DNA of 52,553 nucleotides from positions 1-52,553 of the forward strand of contig CAZWMJ010000005.1 in the NCBI GenBank assembly GCA_964635045.1, written 5' to 3'. Below the pieces are notes generated by a model that was not told the DNA's origin, searched no databases, and saw only the letters and a program-made list of their open reading frames with translations. This DNA comes from an uncultured Gammaproteobacteria bacterium. GTDB taxonomy: Bacteria > Patescibacteriota > Microgenomatia > Levybacterales > UBA12049. A program made the position numbers and the translations under genes. Shown here in pieces: positions 42,280 through 52,198 of this stretch (its first letter is position 1; each line of letters starts with the position of its first letter).

Positions 42280-45156
42280 TTAGAGAACTTTTTTAAGGAA
42301 TTGTCCTGTGTAGGAGGATTTTACTTTAATTAAATCCTCTGGGGTGCCCTGCGCCACTATATGCCCGCCCTGATCTCCTCCCTCCGGACCCAGGTCAATA
42401 ATCCATTCGGCGTTTTTCACCACATCAAGATTATGCTCAATGACGATAACCGTATTCCCCTGATCAACCAGATTACGCACCACTTTGAGCAACTTCTCCA
42501 AATCCGCAAAGTGCAGTCCGGTGGTAGGTTCATCTAAAAGATATAACGCCCCTCTGCCTCTCTTTGACAGCTCGGAGGCCAGTTTTACCCGCTGCGCCTC
42601 CCCTCCCGATAATGTTGGAGCGCTCTGGCCAAGTTTTATATATGAGAGCCCTACATCATAAAGCGTTTGTAATTTATGCGCAAGTCCGGGAACGAACGAA
42701 AAAAAGTTCAGCGCTTCGGTAACGCTCATCGATAAAACATCGGCGATATTTTTTCCATTAAATAAAACCTGCAAGGCTTCAGAAGCATACTGTTTTCCTT
42801 CGCACACCTCGCAAGTTACATAAACATCCGGCATAAACTGCATTTCAATTTTGAGTTGTCCTTCGCCCTCGCAAACTTCACATCTGCCGCCTTTGACATT
42901 AAAACTAAATCTCCCCGGGCCATATCCCCTAAGGCGCGCCTCTTTAGTTTTGGCAAAAAGTTCTCTAATGTAGGTAAAAGATCCGGTATAGGTAGCCGGG
43001 TTGCTCCTGGAAGTCCTGCCGATTGGCGATTGATCTATTAAAAATACATTTTTTATATTTTCCTCACCCGTAATTCTTCCATAGGCGCCGGGTTTCTGTC
43101 TGTGAAATGGATTTTGTTTTTGCATAAGAGCGTGATATAAAATATCATTGACAAGTGTTGATTTGCCGCTTCCCGACACGCCGGTTACCACAATAAACTT
43201 GTTGAGCGGGAAATTAACGTCTATGTTTTTCAAATTATGTTCGGATGCTCCATGAATAGTAAGATATTTACCGGATGTTTGAGAATCTTTAATAATTTCC
43301 AAACCGCGATTTCCAATATCTATTTTTTTCTTTCCGCTGAGATACTGTCCGGTCAGAGAATTACTATTTCTTTTTAGCTCATCAACCGATCCCCAAGCCG
43401 TAATTTTTCCCCCATTTTCCCCCGCGCCCGGACCAAAATCAACTAAAAAATCCGCCTCTTCCATTGTCTCCTTGTCATGTTCCACAACAATCACCGTGTT
43501 CCCCAAATCCCTCAGTCTCTTAAGGGTTTCGATAAGTTTTTTGTTATCGCGCTGGTGAAGACCAATTGACGGCTCATCCAACACATAAAGAACGCCTGTT
43601 AGTCCGCTGCCGATTTGGGAGGCCAGTCTGATTCTTTGCGCTTCGCCTCCGGCCAAAGTCTGCGCCCCTCTTGACAGCGTTAAATAATCTAAACCTACAT
43701 CTACCAAAAAACGAATCCTGGTTTGAATTTCTTTAATAATTAGTCCGCCAATCTCCAATTCTTTTGAATTTAGAACTTTTCTCAACTGATCAATAAACTC
43801 CAAAACGGCGATAATTGAAAAACTGCAAACATCAACGATAGATTTGCCATTTATTGTCACGGATAACGCTTCTTTTTTTAGCCGACTACCTTGGCAAGTA
43901 GTACAGACTTCATATCTCATAAACCGTTCAATTTGCGATTTAATAAACATTGAATCGTTTTCGCGGTGGCGCTTACGAAGCTCTTCCACAATACCCCGAA
44001 AAGGTTCGAATATAACAGTTTCTCTGCCCCATCTGTTATTTCCAGCAACTTCATATTCTTTGTCGGCGGTTCCCTCAAGTATCACTTTTTTTTCTGCTTC
44101 GGAAAACAGAGACAATCTTTTTGATTGAGAGATATTATTTTTCTCGCAAAATATCTTAAATGTTCTGGCAAACCAGGTATCCTGCTGAGAAACATTGGCA
44201 AACGGCAGAATTCCTCCCTCGGCAATTGACAAATTGTTGTTAATAATCAAATCCTCGTCAATGGTTAACACTGTTCCCAGCCCGCCGCAAGCTGAGCACG
44301 CCCCGTTGGGAGTGTTAAAGGAAAACAGTCGCGGCTCAATTTCAGATAGAGAGATATTGCAATTGGGACAGGCGAATTTCTCCGAGAAAAGTTCGTCTTT
44401 CATCTTTCTGGGTTTTTCCGGAAGATTAAATCCTTTATCCTGAATAATCGAAGCAATGATCTCTCCGTTGCCGAATTTTAAAGCTATTTCCACATCGCGG
44501 CTTACTCTTTCCCGATCTGTTTTTTTCGTTAAAATTAACGCGTCAACCACCAATTCAATGGTGTGCTTATTGGTTTTTATTAAAATGAAATTGTCGTCAA
44601 TTAAAAAAATCTCTCCGTCTATTCGCGCCTTTTTATAACCCCGTTTTTTTAAATCGAGAAAAAGCTCTCTATATTCTCCTTTTCTATCTTTAACTAAAGG
44701 CGCAAGTATCAATAATTTAGTCTCCTTCGCCTTGGCAATAATGGCGTCTGTGATCTGTTCCTTGGACTGACGGGAAATCTCAAGGCCACATTTGGGACAA
44801 TGAGGATGGCCGACTCGGGCAAACAGCAGACGCAAATAATCGTAGATTTCGGTAACCGTCCCCACCGTGCTTCTTGGATTATGCGATGTTCCCTTCTGAT
44901 CAATGGAAATGGCGGGAGAAAGTCCGATGATTTGATCAACATCGGGTTTCTTCATAATGCCGAGGAATTGACGGGCGTAAGATGACAAACTTTCCACGTA
45001 TCGCCTCTGCCCCTCCGCGTAAATTGTGTCAAAAGCCAAGCTGGATTTGCCGCTGCCGGACAGTCCGGTAAAAACCGTCAGTTTATTTTTGGCAATCTCC
45101 AAATCGATATTTTTTAGATTGTGTTCTCTGGCTCCTTTTATGATGATGCTATCCAT
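42280..45156 (-). CDS. uvrA: excinuclease ABC subunit A
   Basis: GLSGSGKSS, GVSGSGKST, two LA/SGGEAQR signatures and Zn fingers. Confidence 0.98.
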   Translation of the reverse strand: MDSIIIKGAREHNLKNIDLEIAKNKLTVFTGLSGSGKSSLAFDTIYAEGQRRYVESLSSYARQFLGIMKKPDVDQIIGLSPAISIDQKGTSHNPRSTVGTVTEIYDYLRLLFARVGHPHCPKCGLEISRQSKEQITDAIIAKAKETKLLILAPLVKDRKGEYRELFLDLKKRGYKKARIDGEIFLIDDNFILIKTNKHTIELVVDALILTKKTDRERVSRDVEIALKFGNGEIIASIIQDKGFNLPEKPRKMKDELFSEKFACPNCNISLSEIEPRLFSFNTPNGACSACGGLGTVLTIDEDLIINNNLSIAEGGILPFANVSQQDTWFARTFKIFCEKNNISQSKRLSLFSEAEKKVILEGTADKEYEVAGNNRWGRETVIFEPFRGIVEELRKRHRENDSMFIKSQIERFMRYEVCTTCQGSRLKKEALSVTINGKSIVDVCSFSIIAVLEFIDQLRKVLNSKELEIGGLIIKEIQTRIRFLVDVGLDYLTLSRGAQTLAGGEAQRIRLASQIGSGLTGVLYVLDEPSIGLHQRDNKKLIETLKRLRDLGNTVIVVEHDKETMEEADFLVDFGPGAGENGGKITAWGSVDELKRNSNSLTGQYLSGKKKIDIGNRGLEIIKDSQTSGKYLTIHGASEHNLKNIDVNFPLNKFIVVTGVSGSGKSTLVNDILYHALMQKQNPFHRQKPGAYGRITGEENIKNVFLIDQSPIGRTSRSNPATYTGSFTYIRELFAKTKEARLRGYGPGRFSFNVKGGRCEVCEGEGQLKIEMQFMPDVYVTCEVCEGKQYASEALQVLFNGKNIADVLSMSVTEALNFFSFVPGLAHKLQTLYDVGLSYIKLGQSAPTLSGGEAQRVKLASELSKRGRGALYLLDEPTTGLHFADLEKLLKVVRNLVDQGNTVIVIEHNLDVVKNAEWIIDLGPEGGDQGGHIVAQGTPEDLIKVKSSYTGQFLKKVL

Positions 45157-45217
45157 GCCGAATTTTTATTTTACCAATTTCTTTGCGAATTTACCATAGT
45201 CGTAATATAATAGTTGA

Positions 45218-46453
45218 ATGCCAATTAGAATTGCCATGATTTCCTATCACTCCTGTCCTCTGGCATCGGTTGAGGGTAAGGAAACAGGAGGACTAAATGT
45301 TTATGTCCTCCAGTTATCCAAAGAACTAGCCAAACTAGGCTTTATGGTGGACATGTTTACCAGATGCCAGGACGAAAAACAGCCAAAAGAGGTTAAGTTG
45401 AGCGAAAATCTTCGGCTTTTTCATTTGGAAAGCGGACCGACAAAGCCTATTCCCAAAAAAAGTTTAATGCAATATCTGCCTGAGTTCATCGACAGCTTTA
45501 CAAAGTTTGTTGAAGATAATGGCATTCAATATGACATCTACCATTGTCACTATTATCTATCCGGGCTGGTCGGACTTAACATAAATAAACAACGTAAGGA
45601 GAAAATACCTATTATTATCACTCTTCACACACTGGCATTAATGAAAAATCTGGTGGCCAGAGACGAGATGGAGAAAGAAGATAAGTTTCGGATTGAGGCG
45701 GAATTAATGCTGGTTGCTCAGGCTGATAGAATTATCTGCTCAAGTGAAAGCGGCGGAGAATATCTGTCGCATCTTTATAGCGCGCCATCCTCAAAAATTA
45801 CCATTGTTACTCCCGGAGTTGATACTAAACTTTTTCGGCCCATCGACCGCCTCAGAGCCAAAAAACATATCAAAGCCCTCCCAAAGCATAAAATAATTAT
45901 GTTTGTCGGTCGAATTGAAGCCATTAAAGGACTCGATGTACTTTTGTATGCCATGAAAATGCTTATCGCCAAACTTAAGAACATGCGCCTTTGTCTGTGG
46001 ATTGTAGGAGGAGATATTTCGCAAAAACGCAGTCTTTGGTCAAGGGAGCTGATAAAGCTTGAACAACTGCGCGCGCTTTTAAATATTACAACGGAAGTAA
46101 AATTTGTGGGAAGAAAACCCCAAAAAGAATTACCATTTTATTATAACGCCGCCGAGTTGGTGGTGATGCCTTCACACTATGAATCATTTGGCTTGGCCGC
46201 TTTGGAGGCCATGGCCTGCGACAAACCCGTCATTACTACCGATGTCGCCGGCGTTTCGGGTGTTTTTGATAAAAAACATCAGGATTTGATTATCTCTTCC
46301 AATAATCCCCTTTCTCTGGCACAACAAATGGAGAAACTTCTTACCAGGAAAAGTCAGATATCAGGCGATCTTCGCCGGGCCATATCTGACCTGACATGGG
46401 AAAATGCGGCCCGCAAAGTCGCCAAAGTTTATGAAGACATTTTATCTGTTTAG
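45218..46453 (+). CDS. GT4 glycosyltransferase, MshA-like
   Basis: HSCPL..TGGLNVY, HCHYYLSG, VGRIEAIKG and YESFGLAALEAMAC motifs. Confidence 0.85.
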   Translation: MPIRIAMISYHSCPLASVEGKETGGLNVYVLQLSKELAKLGFMVDMFTRCQDEKQPKEVKLSENLRLFHLESGPTKPIPKKSLMQYLPEFIDSFTKFVEDNGIQYDIYHCHYYLSGLVGLNINKQRKEKIPIIITLHTLALMKNLVARDEMEKEDKFRIEAELMLVAQADRIICSSESGGEYLSHLYSAPSSKITIVTPGVDTKLFRPIDRLRAKKHIKALPKHKIIMFVGRIEAIKGLDVLLYAMKMLIAKLKNMRLCLWIVGGDISQKRSLWSRELIKLEQLRALLNITTEVKFVGRKPQKELPFYYNAAELVVMPSHYESFGLAALEAMACDKPVITTDVAGVSGVFDKKHQDLIISSNNPLSLAQQMEKLLTRKSQISGDLRRAISDLTWENAARKVAKVYEDILSV

Positions 46454-46928
46454 ACATGCCGAAACCAAAAAAGAAGGAGAGCATTACACAAAGGAGGATA
46501 TCATCAGCGCGCAAATTCTGAAAGAGGGTGTCCCACCCATAAAGCGCATGGCCAAGTTTCTTAAAAACTGTCCTATTGACGCGTGGTATGTTTCCGAATA
46601 TCTTCGCTGCCAGCAAACAGCGGATATTATATCCAGTATTACAAAAACAAAATTTACTAAAGATAAGCGCTTAGGCGAGTTTCACCCAAGATATCTTCCG
46701 GAACCCTTTTACCGCTTCAGAAAACGCATAGCCGATTTTTTAAAGATGATTCTTAAAAGTAATCACCATGATATAGTTATTTGCACTCACGGAGCGGTTG
46801 TCTCGGGATTTAAACATTTTTTGACAGGAAAGGAATTTAAACGAAACAATATATATGATGATTTAGATACCGGAGTTATAACTATTGTAAAAAATAACAG
46901 TGTTGAAGTAATAAATTTTTCCAACTGA
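46431..46928 (+). CDS. histidine phosphatase (phosphoglycerate mutase superfamily)
   Basis: RHAE, SEYLRCQQTA, RLGE and THG motifs; start moved to ATG 46431. Confidence 0.85.
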   Translation: MKTFYLFRHAETKKEGEHYTKEDIISAQILKEGVPPIKRMAKFLKNCPIDAWYVSEYLRCQQTADIISSITKTKFTKDKRLGEFHPRYLPEPFYRFRKRIADFLKMILKSNHHDIVICTHGAVVSGFKHFLTGKEFKRNNIYDDLDTGVITIVKNNSVEVINFSN

Positions 46929-46932
46929 ATTG

Positions 46933-47006
46933 TACCGCGTGCGGGAGTCGAACCCGCGATTTTCGGGATGAAAACCCGACGTCCTAGGCCACTAGACGAA
47001 CGCGGC
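46933..47006 (-). tRNA. tRNA-Glu(TTC)
   Basis: GCCGCGT acceptor, TCGGG-TTTTCAT-CCCGA. Confidence 0.94.
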
Positions 47007-47040
47007 AAAGTCAGACTTTGCCAGCCAAGTTTGACTTGGC
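47004..47040. repeat. tandem palindromes at the 5' end of tRNA-Glu
   Basis: GGCAAAGTC-A-GACTTTGCC (47004-47022, overlapping tRNA +1 to +3) and GCCAAGT-TTG-ACTTGGC (47024-47040); same family as 23533-23549. Confidence 0.75.
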
Positions 47041-47142
47041 GGCCTGCTAACAAGTATTATAGCAAATTGTGAAATAGATTAAAATAACACAGTACCACCA
47101 TGTGGCACTGTGTCCGAAATAAATTCAAGAACTAAATCTAAT

Positions 47143-47805
47143 TTATTTCAGCTTTTTCTTTAAGGCCTCAACCACTTCTTTCGCCGAACCCTGTCCTCCC
47201 AAGCCGAATGCTATTCCTCCGGCTATTGCCACCATGGCCACAAATCCGGTAAATAGTATTCTGATCAGGTCACTGGCTACGCCAAGCTGATTAAGTACGG
47301 CTAAAAAGACAAATATCGTTATAGCCCAACGCGCAACAGATGCTACCGTTTGAGCTGTTTCAGACGATATGCCTCGACTTGACGCCAAAATTACGTCATG
47401 AGAAAGCCGTGAGAAAACCAGTCCGACAAGACCTATGATTGCCGCCACAAACACGTTTGGCAGGTAAATTAAAAATGTATTTAATACCGTTGTGATTTGA
47501 GGTAATCCCCACACGTCTGCTGTTGGTATTAAAAATAGCACGATGATAAACCACCTGACTATTTCCGCCAATATGTTTGACCAAACAAATTCTTCTTTGG
47601 CTTCCGGCACCCCGTATTTGTGCAAAAACGCCTCTATTTTCAAACTTTTCAAAAGTTCCAAAACAAGGCCTTTGAGTATGGAAGCGACTATTATACCTAC
47701 AAGAAGAATTATAACTCCGGCCAAAAACTTTGGGACAAAACCTGCCACCGCGCCTAGACCGCTATTGAGGGATACTATTATGCTTTGACCGATATCAGGT
47801 ACCAC
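47143..47805 (-). CDS. conserved TM-helix-repeat membrane protein (MscS-associated/CmpX-like)
   Basis: FVPKFLAG, YLPNVFVAA and VLNQLGVA repeats; GTG 47805 preceded by GGAGGTG. Confidence 0.75.
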   Translation of the reverse strand: MVPDIGQSIIVSLNSGLGAVAGFVPKFLAGVIILLVGIIVASILKGLVLELLKSLKIEAFLHKYGVPEAKEEFVWSNILAEIVRWFIIVLFLIPTADVWGLPQITTVLNTFLIYLPNVFVAAIIGLVGLVFSRLSHDVILASSRGISSETAQTVASVARWAITIFVFLAVLNQLGVASDLIRILFTGFVAMVAIAGGIAFGLGGQGSAKEVVEALKKKLK

Positions 47806-47932
47806 TTTCTTTCTCACCTCCCTTCATCCGCCGAGATTGGTGATACGAAGGCGGTATACACATATCTATAATTAGTGTAGAATGCTATTTTCATCTTGTC
47901 AAGTGGGAATAATCACTGTATAATTTAAAAGG

Positions 47933-47954
47933 GTTTACCCTGAACGAAGTGAAG
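47933..47954 (-). repeat. tRNA-abutting repeat, minimal copy
   Basis: gtttaccctgaacgaagtgaa|G, where G is +1 of tRNA-Lys. Confidence 0.7.
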
Positions 47955-48028
47955 GGCCGGTAGCTCAGCGGTAGAGCAGGAGCCTTTTAAGCTCTTGGTC
48001 ACAGGTTCGAATCCTGTCCGGCTCACCA
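47954..48028 (+). tRNA. tRNA-Lys(TTT)
   Basis: GGGCCGG acceptor, GGAGC-CTTTTAA-GCTCT, ends ACCA. Confidence 0.96.
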
Positions 48029-48117
48029 TTTCGGATTTTGAAGCAGGATTGTAGGATTGGCTCCGGCTGGGTGGTAAGAGACCTAAATGTTATCTAAATT
48101 CTGATATACTTTAACTG

Positions 48118-48675
48118 ATGAACCATTGGCAATCTTGGAAATACAAGAATCTTAGTATTTTCTTTCTCTCATTGATAGTTGCGTTTTCTCTCTCTCGCTA
48201 TGAGGGCTTTCACAGTTTTTTGCTAAATTTAGGAGAACTCGGATATATCGGCGCGTTTCTCGGCGGCACATTATTTGTTTCAACATTTACCGTAGCAACT
48301 GGAGCGGTTGTTCTTTTAGTTCTTGCAGAAAGGTTATCACCGGTAGAAATAGGAATTATTGCGGGTCTCGGTGCAGTTGTGGGAGACTTCACTATATTTC
48401 GATTTATTAAAGATAACTTAATAGCTGAAGTAACACCCATTTATAATGGATTAGGTGGTAGCCATGTAACAAAAATGTTGCATAGTAAATACTTTAGTTG
48501 GACTTTACCAGTTATCGGGGCAATCATTATTGCTTCGCCGTTTCCTGACGAAATTGGGGTAAGCCTTATAGGGATATCAAAAATGAAAACCTATCAATTT
48601 CTTATAGTATCTTTTATACTTAATGCAGTTGGTATATTCCTTGTTGTTTCAGCTTCTTTGGTTATCAAGCCATAA
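48118..48675 (+). CDS. multi-pass membrane protein, possibly VTT/DedA-like
   Basis: Several TM segments; GAVVGDFTIFRF and SPFPDE. Confidence 0.6.
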   Translation: MNHWQSWKYKNLSIFFLSLIVAFSLSRYEGFHSFLLNLGELGYIGAFLGGTLFVSTFTVATGAVVLLVLAERLSPVEIGIIAGLGAVVGDFTIFRFIKDNLIAEVTPIYNGLGGSHVTKMLHSKYFSWTLPVIGAIIIASPFPDEIGVSLIGISKMKTYQFLIVSFILNAVGIFLVVSASLVIKP

Positions 48676-48733
48676 TAGAAAGGAAACTATAATCACCACT
48701 TCATTGTCTTTGAAATGATTAAAAATAGTCTGT

Positions 48734-49849
48734 TCATATAAAATTTAATGCTGCCTGTGCTTCTTTGAGATTCTTATTGTAATAGACAGCTTTTTCAAAT
48801 TCATTCCGCGCAGCCTCAATATTTCCTTGTTTTTGGTAAATCCTTCCGCGCAAGATGTAAAGCTCTGAAAAAGCTCTATTGTAACTGCTCAAAACTTTAT
48901 TAGTTATCTGAAACACTCTGTCATAATTTTCCAGCTGATAATATGCTTGAATTGGTTCTATCTGATACCAAAGAGTTCTGAAGGGAAGGGTAGCTTCTAC
49001 CTTTTCGAATTCCTCAACAGATTGTTGATACTGCCCTGTATTGTAAAAAGCTACAGATAGATTAAAGCGTGAATAAATATCATCAGGATTTACTACCAGC
49101 TGTCTCTGCGCATTCTGCGCTGCTTTTTGCCAAGCTTTCTTGATGTTGAAGTCCTCTCCTAAAATTGCTTCAGCTATTTTCTTCTTTTCTTGAGATACCA
49201 AAACAAGGTATTCAAAGTTAAATTTTTCCCAGATGGTATTGAAAGTGTCATAGTCAAACCAGAGATTTTTATTTTGCAGAGAGTCATCTTGGATGATTTG
49301 ACTATTAGTATCATCGTATCCTTTAACTACTCTGTAGTGGCCTATATCTTCATTAACCTTAGTCCAAGTTCTGGCAATAACCGGAATGTCGTAAGTAATA
49401 AAAAGCTTAATTTTTTCGATATCTCCATTAGGTCTATGGTACGAGACAAGATCGTATTCCCTAGCTTTGTCTGCCATCTCCTCTAAGGTTACTGATTTAT
49501 CATCGTTGTCGCCAATCGGATTTTGATAAGGTCGCAAATCCTGCCCTAGTTTAGCTTGAGTTTCATTTATACCAAAATATGAAAGAACCATAGACAGTGA
49601 AGCAGGCCCGCAGTTGTTGAATGTCTGAAAAATATGATAGTCATTTGCCAAGATTTTACTTTGAGAAGGTTGAATTAGGCTTATTTTTGGAATAGGAGAA
49701 GGATAAACAGGGAGGGTGATATCTTGAATAACGTTTTCCGGAGCGTTCTTAGAATTAAGATTTATTCCTATTGCGACAAAAATAGAAACTGAAACAACAA
49801 CCAGTGGTATGAATAATACTGTCTTTTTAGGAATTTTTGGTATATTCAT
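48734..49849 (-). CDS. C39-like cysteine peptidase with TPR repeats, membrane-anchored
   Basis: QTFNNCGPAS and GHYRVVKGYD; C-terminal TPR-like helices. Confidence 0.85.
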   Translation of the reverse strand: MNIPKIPKKTVLFIPLVVVSVSIFVAIGINLNSKNAPENVIQDITLPVYPSPIPKISLIQPSQSKILANDYHIFQTFNNCGPASLSMVLSYFGINETQAKLGQDLRPYQNPIGDNDDKSVTLEEMADKAREYDLVSYHRPNGDIEKIKLFITYDIPVIARTWTKVNEDIGHYRVVKGYDDTNSQIIQDDSLQNKNLWFDYDTFNTIWEKFNFEYLVLVSQEKKKIAEAILGEDFNIKKAWQKAAQNAQRQLVVNPDDIYSRFNLSVAFYNTGQYQQSVEEFEKVEATLPFRTLWYQIEPIQAYYQLENYDRVFQITNKVLSSYNRAFSELYILRGRIYQKQGNIEAARNEFEKAVYYNKNLKEAQAALNFI

Positions 49850-50891
49850 CAGTTTTCAGATATTTATCAAAAAACTCAATCGAGCGTTTCATGGCAGTAT
49901 CAAAACTATTAGTTAAGTTATGGTCATCGCCTTCATAAGAATAGAGTTCAACAAGTTTGTTAGCCTCTTGAAGTTGGGTATTCAATTTCTCTGAAAAAAT
50001 AAATGGGACATGGGAATCGTCTTTTGCATGATGAAGTTGCATTAGTCCGGAAATATCTTTGACATAAGAATTGGCAGAAATTGAGTTCCAAAACTGTGGA
50101 TTTTTCGAAGGCTCACCATATTGGTCAATCAGGTTTTGCCTCCAAGAAGTTGCCCAAAAAGGCGGCGCGCTTGAGGGCGGCGTTCTTCTCCTCCAGTTTT
50201 CCAGTAAATCCTGGTATGAGCCAACTACCCCTGCCCAAATCACGCCGACTTTAATGTCTTTTGAAATAACCATTGAGCGCAAAGTAATACTTCCTCCCAT
50301 TGAGTGTCCCCACATGCCCACTCTTTCAGGATCTGCATCCTGGTATTTTTTGATGGAGCTTAAAGCGTTCAAGACGTCAATTGTATAGGCATTTGAACCA
50401 TACCCTCCCTCTGCTTTGCCTTCGGAATTTCCATGTCCGCGATAATCAGATTTAAAAACTATATAGCCATTTCTGGCAAATGCATCAACATAATCTGTAT
50501 AACGTTCAGTTGTTCGATATTGTACTGGTTGAATATAGCCATGATTAAAAATAATCACCGGCCAGCCCGAAGTCGGCCTCTGGCCGATGGGAACAGTTAA
50601 TAAAGTACAAATTTTAAGACCATCGGATTTGTAAGAGGCAATATACTGATTATAATTACTCCCAGGAAGAAGTGTTTGTTCGATGGTGATCTCGCTTCCC
50701 GGATATACTTGCTTTCTCATATATTCAATTGACAAGGGGTGCAGCTCTTCTTGAAGTCCTCCTAAATTGCTATCTTCTATTTGGGTCTTGTCCTTTTGAG
50801 ATGATAGGTTCGATAAGAAAACACCAGTCAAAATAATTAAAACGCCGAAAGTGCTTAAAATAACAATGAGAATTGGGTTTGCTTTCAACAT
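49827..50891 (-). CDS. S9-like alpha/beta hydrolase, membrane-anchored
   Basis: NHGY, DYRGHG, WGHSMGG, DSHVP and DDHNL; paralog of the C-domain of 30920-33271. Confidence 0.85.
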   Translation of the reverse strand: MLKANPILIVILSTFGVLIILTGVFLSNLSSQKDKTQIEDSNLGGLQEELHPLSIEYMRKQVYPGSEITIEQTLLPGSNYNQYIASYKSDGLKICTLLTVPIGQRPTSGWPVIIFNHGYIQPVQYRTTERYTDYVDAFARNGYIVFKSDYRGHGNSEGKAEGGYGSNAYTIDVLNALSSIKKYQDADPERVGMWGHSMGGSITLRSMVISKDIKVGVIWAGVVGSYQDLLENWRRRTPPSSAPPFWATSWRQNLIDQYGEPSKNPQFWNSISANSYVKDISGLMQLHHAKDDSHVPFIFSEKLNTQLQEANKLVELYSYEGDDHNLTNSFDTAMKRSIEFFDKYLKTDEYTKNS

Positions 50892-50898
50892 ATCAGTA

Positions 50899-52023
50899 TT
50901 ACCTAAAAACCTCAGGATTAATTTTGATTAGCCTATCGTCATTTTCTTTTGGATTTCCCCTGCCATCGGTATTACTGGTAGTGATATACAAATAGTTATC
51001 AGGACCAAGAACTACTGCTCTAATGCGGCCAAATTGTCCTTGAAAATGTCTTTTTAAGGATTTATCGGCGATTTTATATTCAAAAAGCGCCTCACCGCGA
51101 AGTCCGCCGAAGAAAATACTCCCATTAGAAAAAGTGGCTCCGGCCGGCGCCCAAGTAGCATTTGGTCCTGATTGAATAATAGGGCTAACCATTCCTTCTT
51201 GCTTTCGGTCGCCCTGAACCACCGGCCAGCCGTAATTTTTGCCTTTCTCAATAAGGTTTAATTCATCAAGAGCTTGCGGCCCGTGTTCTGTCGCCCAAAG
51301 CCTGTCTTGATTATCCCATGTAAGTCCTTGCGGGTTACGATGTCCATAAGAATAAATAAGATTACCAAAAGGGTTGTCGGGTACCGCTTTCCCTTCATCC
51401 GTAACTCTTAAAATTTTCCCGGCTGGTGAATTTATGTCTTGAGCTAAAGACGGATTTTGAGCATCCCCGGTTGTAATGTATAAATATTCATCCGGCCCAA
51501 ATTTTATTCTGCCTCCGTTGTGATTAATTGCTCCGGGAATTTCATCAATAATTACCTGTTCATTTGCTAACTTATTATTTTCAAATTTAAACCTTACTAC
51601 CCTGTTTAGCGTATCGTCTCTATTGCTTGAATAAGTGTAATAAAGATAAACATGCTTGTTGTTTTCAAAATCAGGGTGGACGGCGACACCTAAAAGTCCA
51701 CCCTCTCCAATATGTTTTACTTCTTGAATTATAATTTTCTGTTTATTTTTGATTAAAAGCAGTGTTCCAGGCCTTTCGGTAATTAAAATTTCACCATCCG
51801 GCAGAAAAACTATTTCCCAGGGGATATTGAGGTTTTCGGCGATTATTTCTCTGTCCTCTTGCCCCTCTTGAACAGATTGAGCCCGATCAACTTTCTTAGT
51901 TACCTCCTTAAATTCCGGTTGTTTGCTCTGATAAAAATACAGTCCCATAAGTACACCTATAAATACCACCAACGCTAGCCCAACAAATATATTTTTTTTC
52001 GAAGAAAAGCTTTGCCTATTCAT
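50899..52023 (-). CDS. PQQ-dependent sugar dehydrogenase (GSDH/YliI family)
   Basis: EGGLLGVAVHPDF, HNGGRIKFGPD, YGHRNPQG and GRIRAV motifs. Confidence 0.9.
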   Translation of the reverse strand: MNRQSFSSKKNIFVGLALVVFIGVLMGLYFYQSKQPEFKEVTKKVDRAQSVQEGQEDREIIAENLNIPWEIVFLPDGEILITERPGTLLLIKNKQKIIIQEVKHIGEGGLLGVAVHPDFENNKHVYLYYTYSSNRDDTLNRVVRFKFENNKLANEQVIIDEIPGAINHNGGRIKFGPDEYLYITTGDAQNPSLAQDINSPAGKILRVTDEGKAVPDNPFGNLIYSYGHRNPQGLTWDNQDRLWATEHGPQALDELNLIEKGKNYGWPVVQGDRKQEGMVSPIIQSGPNATWAPAGATFSNGSIFFGGLRGEALFEYKIADKSLKRHFQGQFGRIRAVVLGPDNYLYITTSNTDGRGNPKENDDRLIKINPEVFR

Positions 52024-52198
52024 ATCTTAAAGCTTCGATGCTGTGTTTTTTTCTTTTTCCAAGTTTTCTAATCTTATTTTCTGCCATAATTCATTCTATA
52101 ATAGAATATTGCTCAAAAATTATCATGGCAGATTTTAAGCCATCTGTAAATAACAAATGCGGTTGCAATGATGCTAAACTCTGCTATACTAAACATAC

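Noticed and set aside
15684-47053. ORFs or extensions overlapping tRNAs (15684-16007, 15739-15783, 17643-17867, 17668-17784, 22968-23156, 23478-23828, 23633-23815, 46787-47053)
   Set aside because: They are chance frames across GC-rich tRNA genes with no protein motifs.
17295-47954. CRISPR array from the recurring short repeats
   Set aside because: Copies are dispersed and divergent with no regular repeat-spacer period, and no cas genes are present.
512-51251. Many 60-200 aa ORFs antisense or nested in long genes (for example 5636-6238 and 12407-12835)
   Set aside because: They are shadow frames of well-supported genes with no motifs or start signals.
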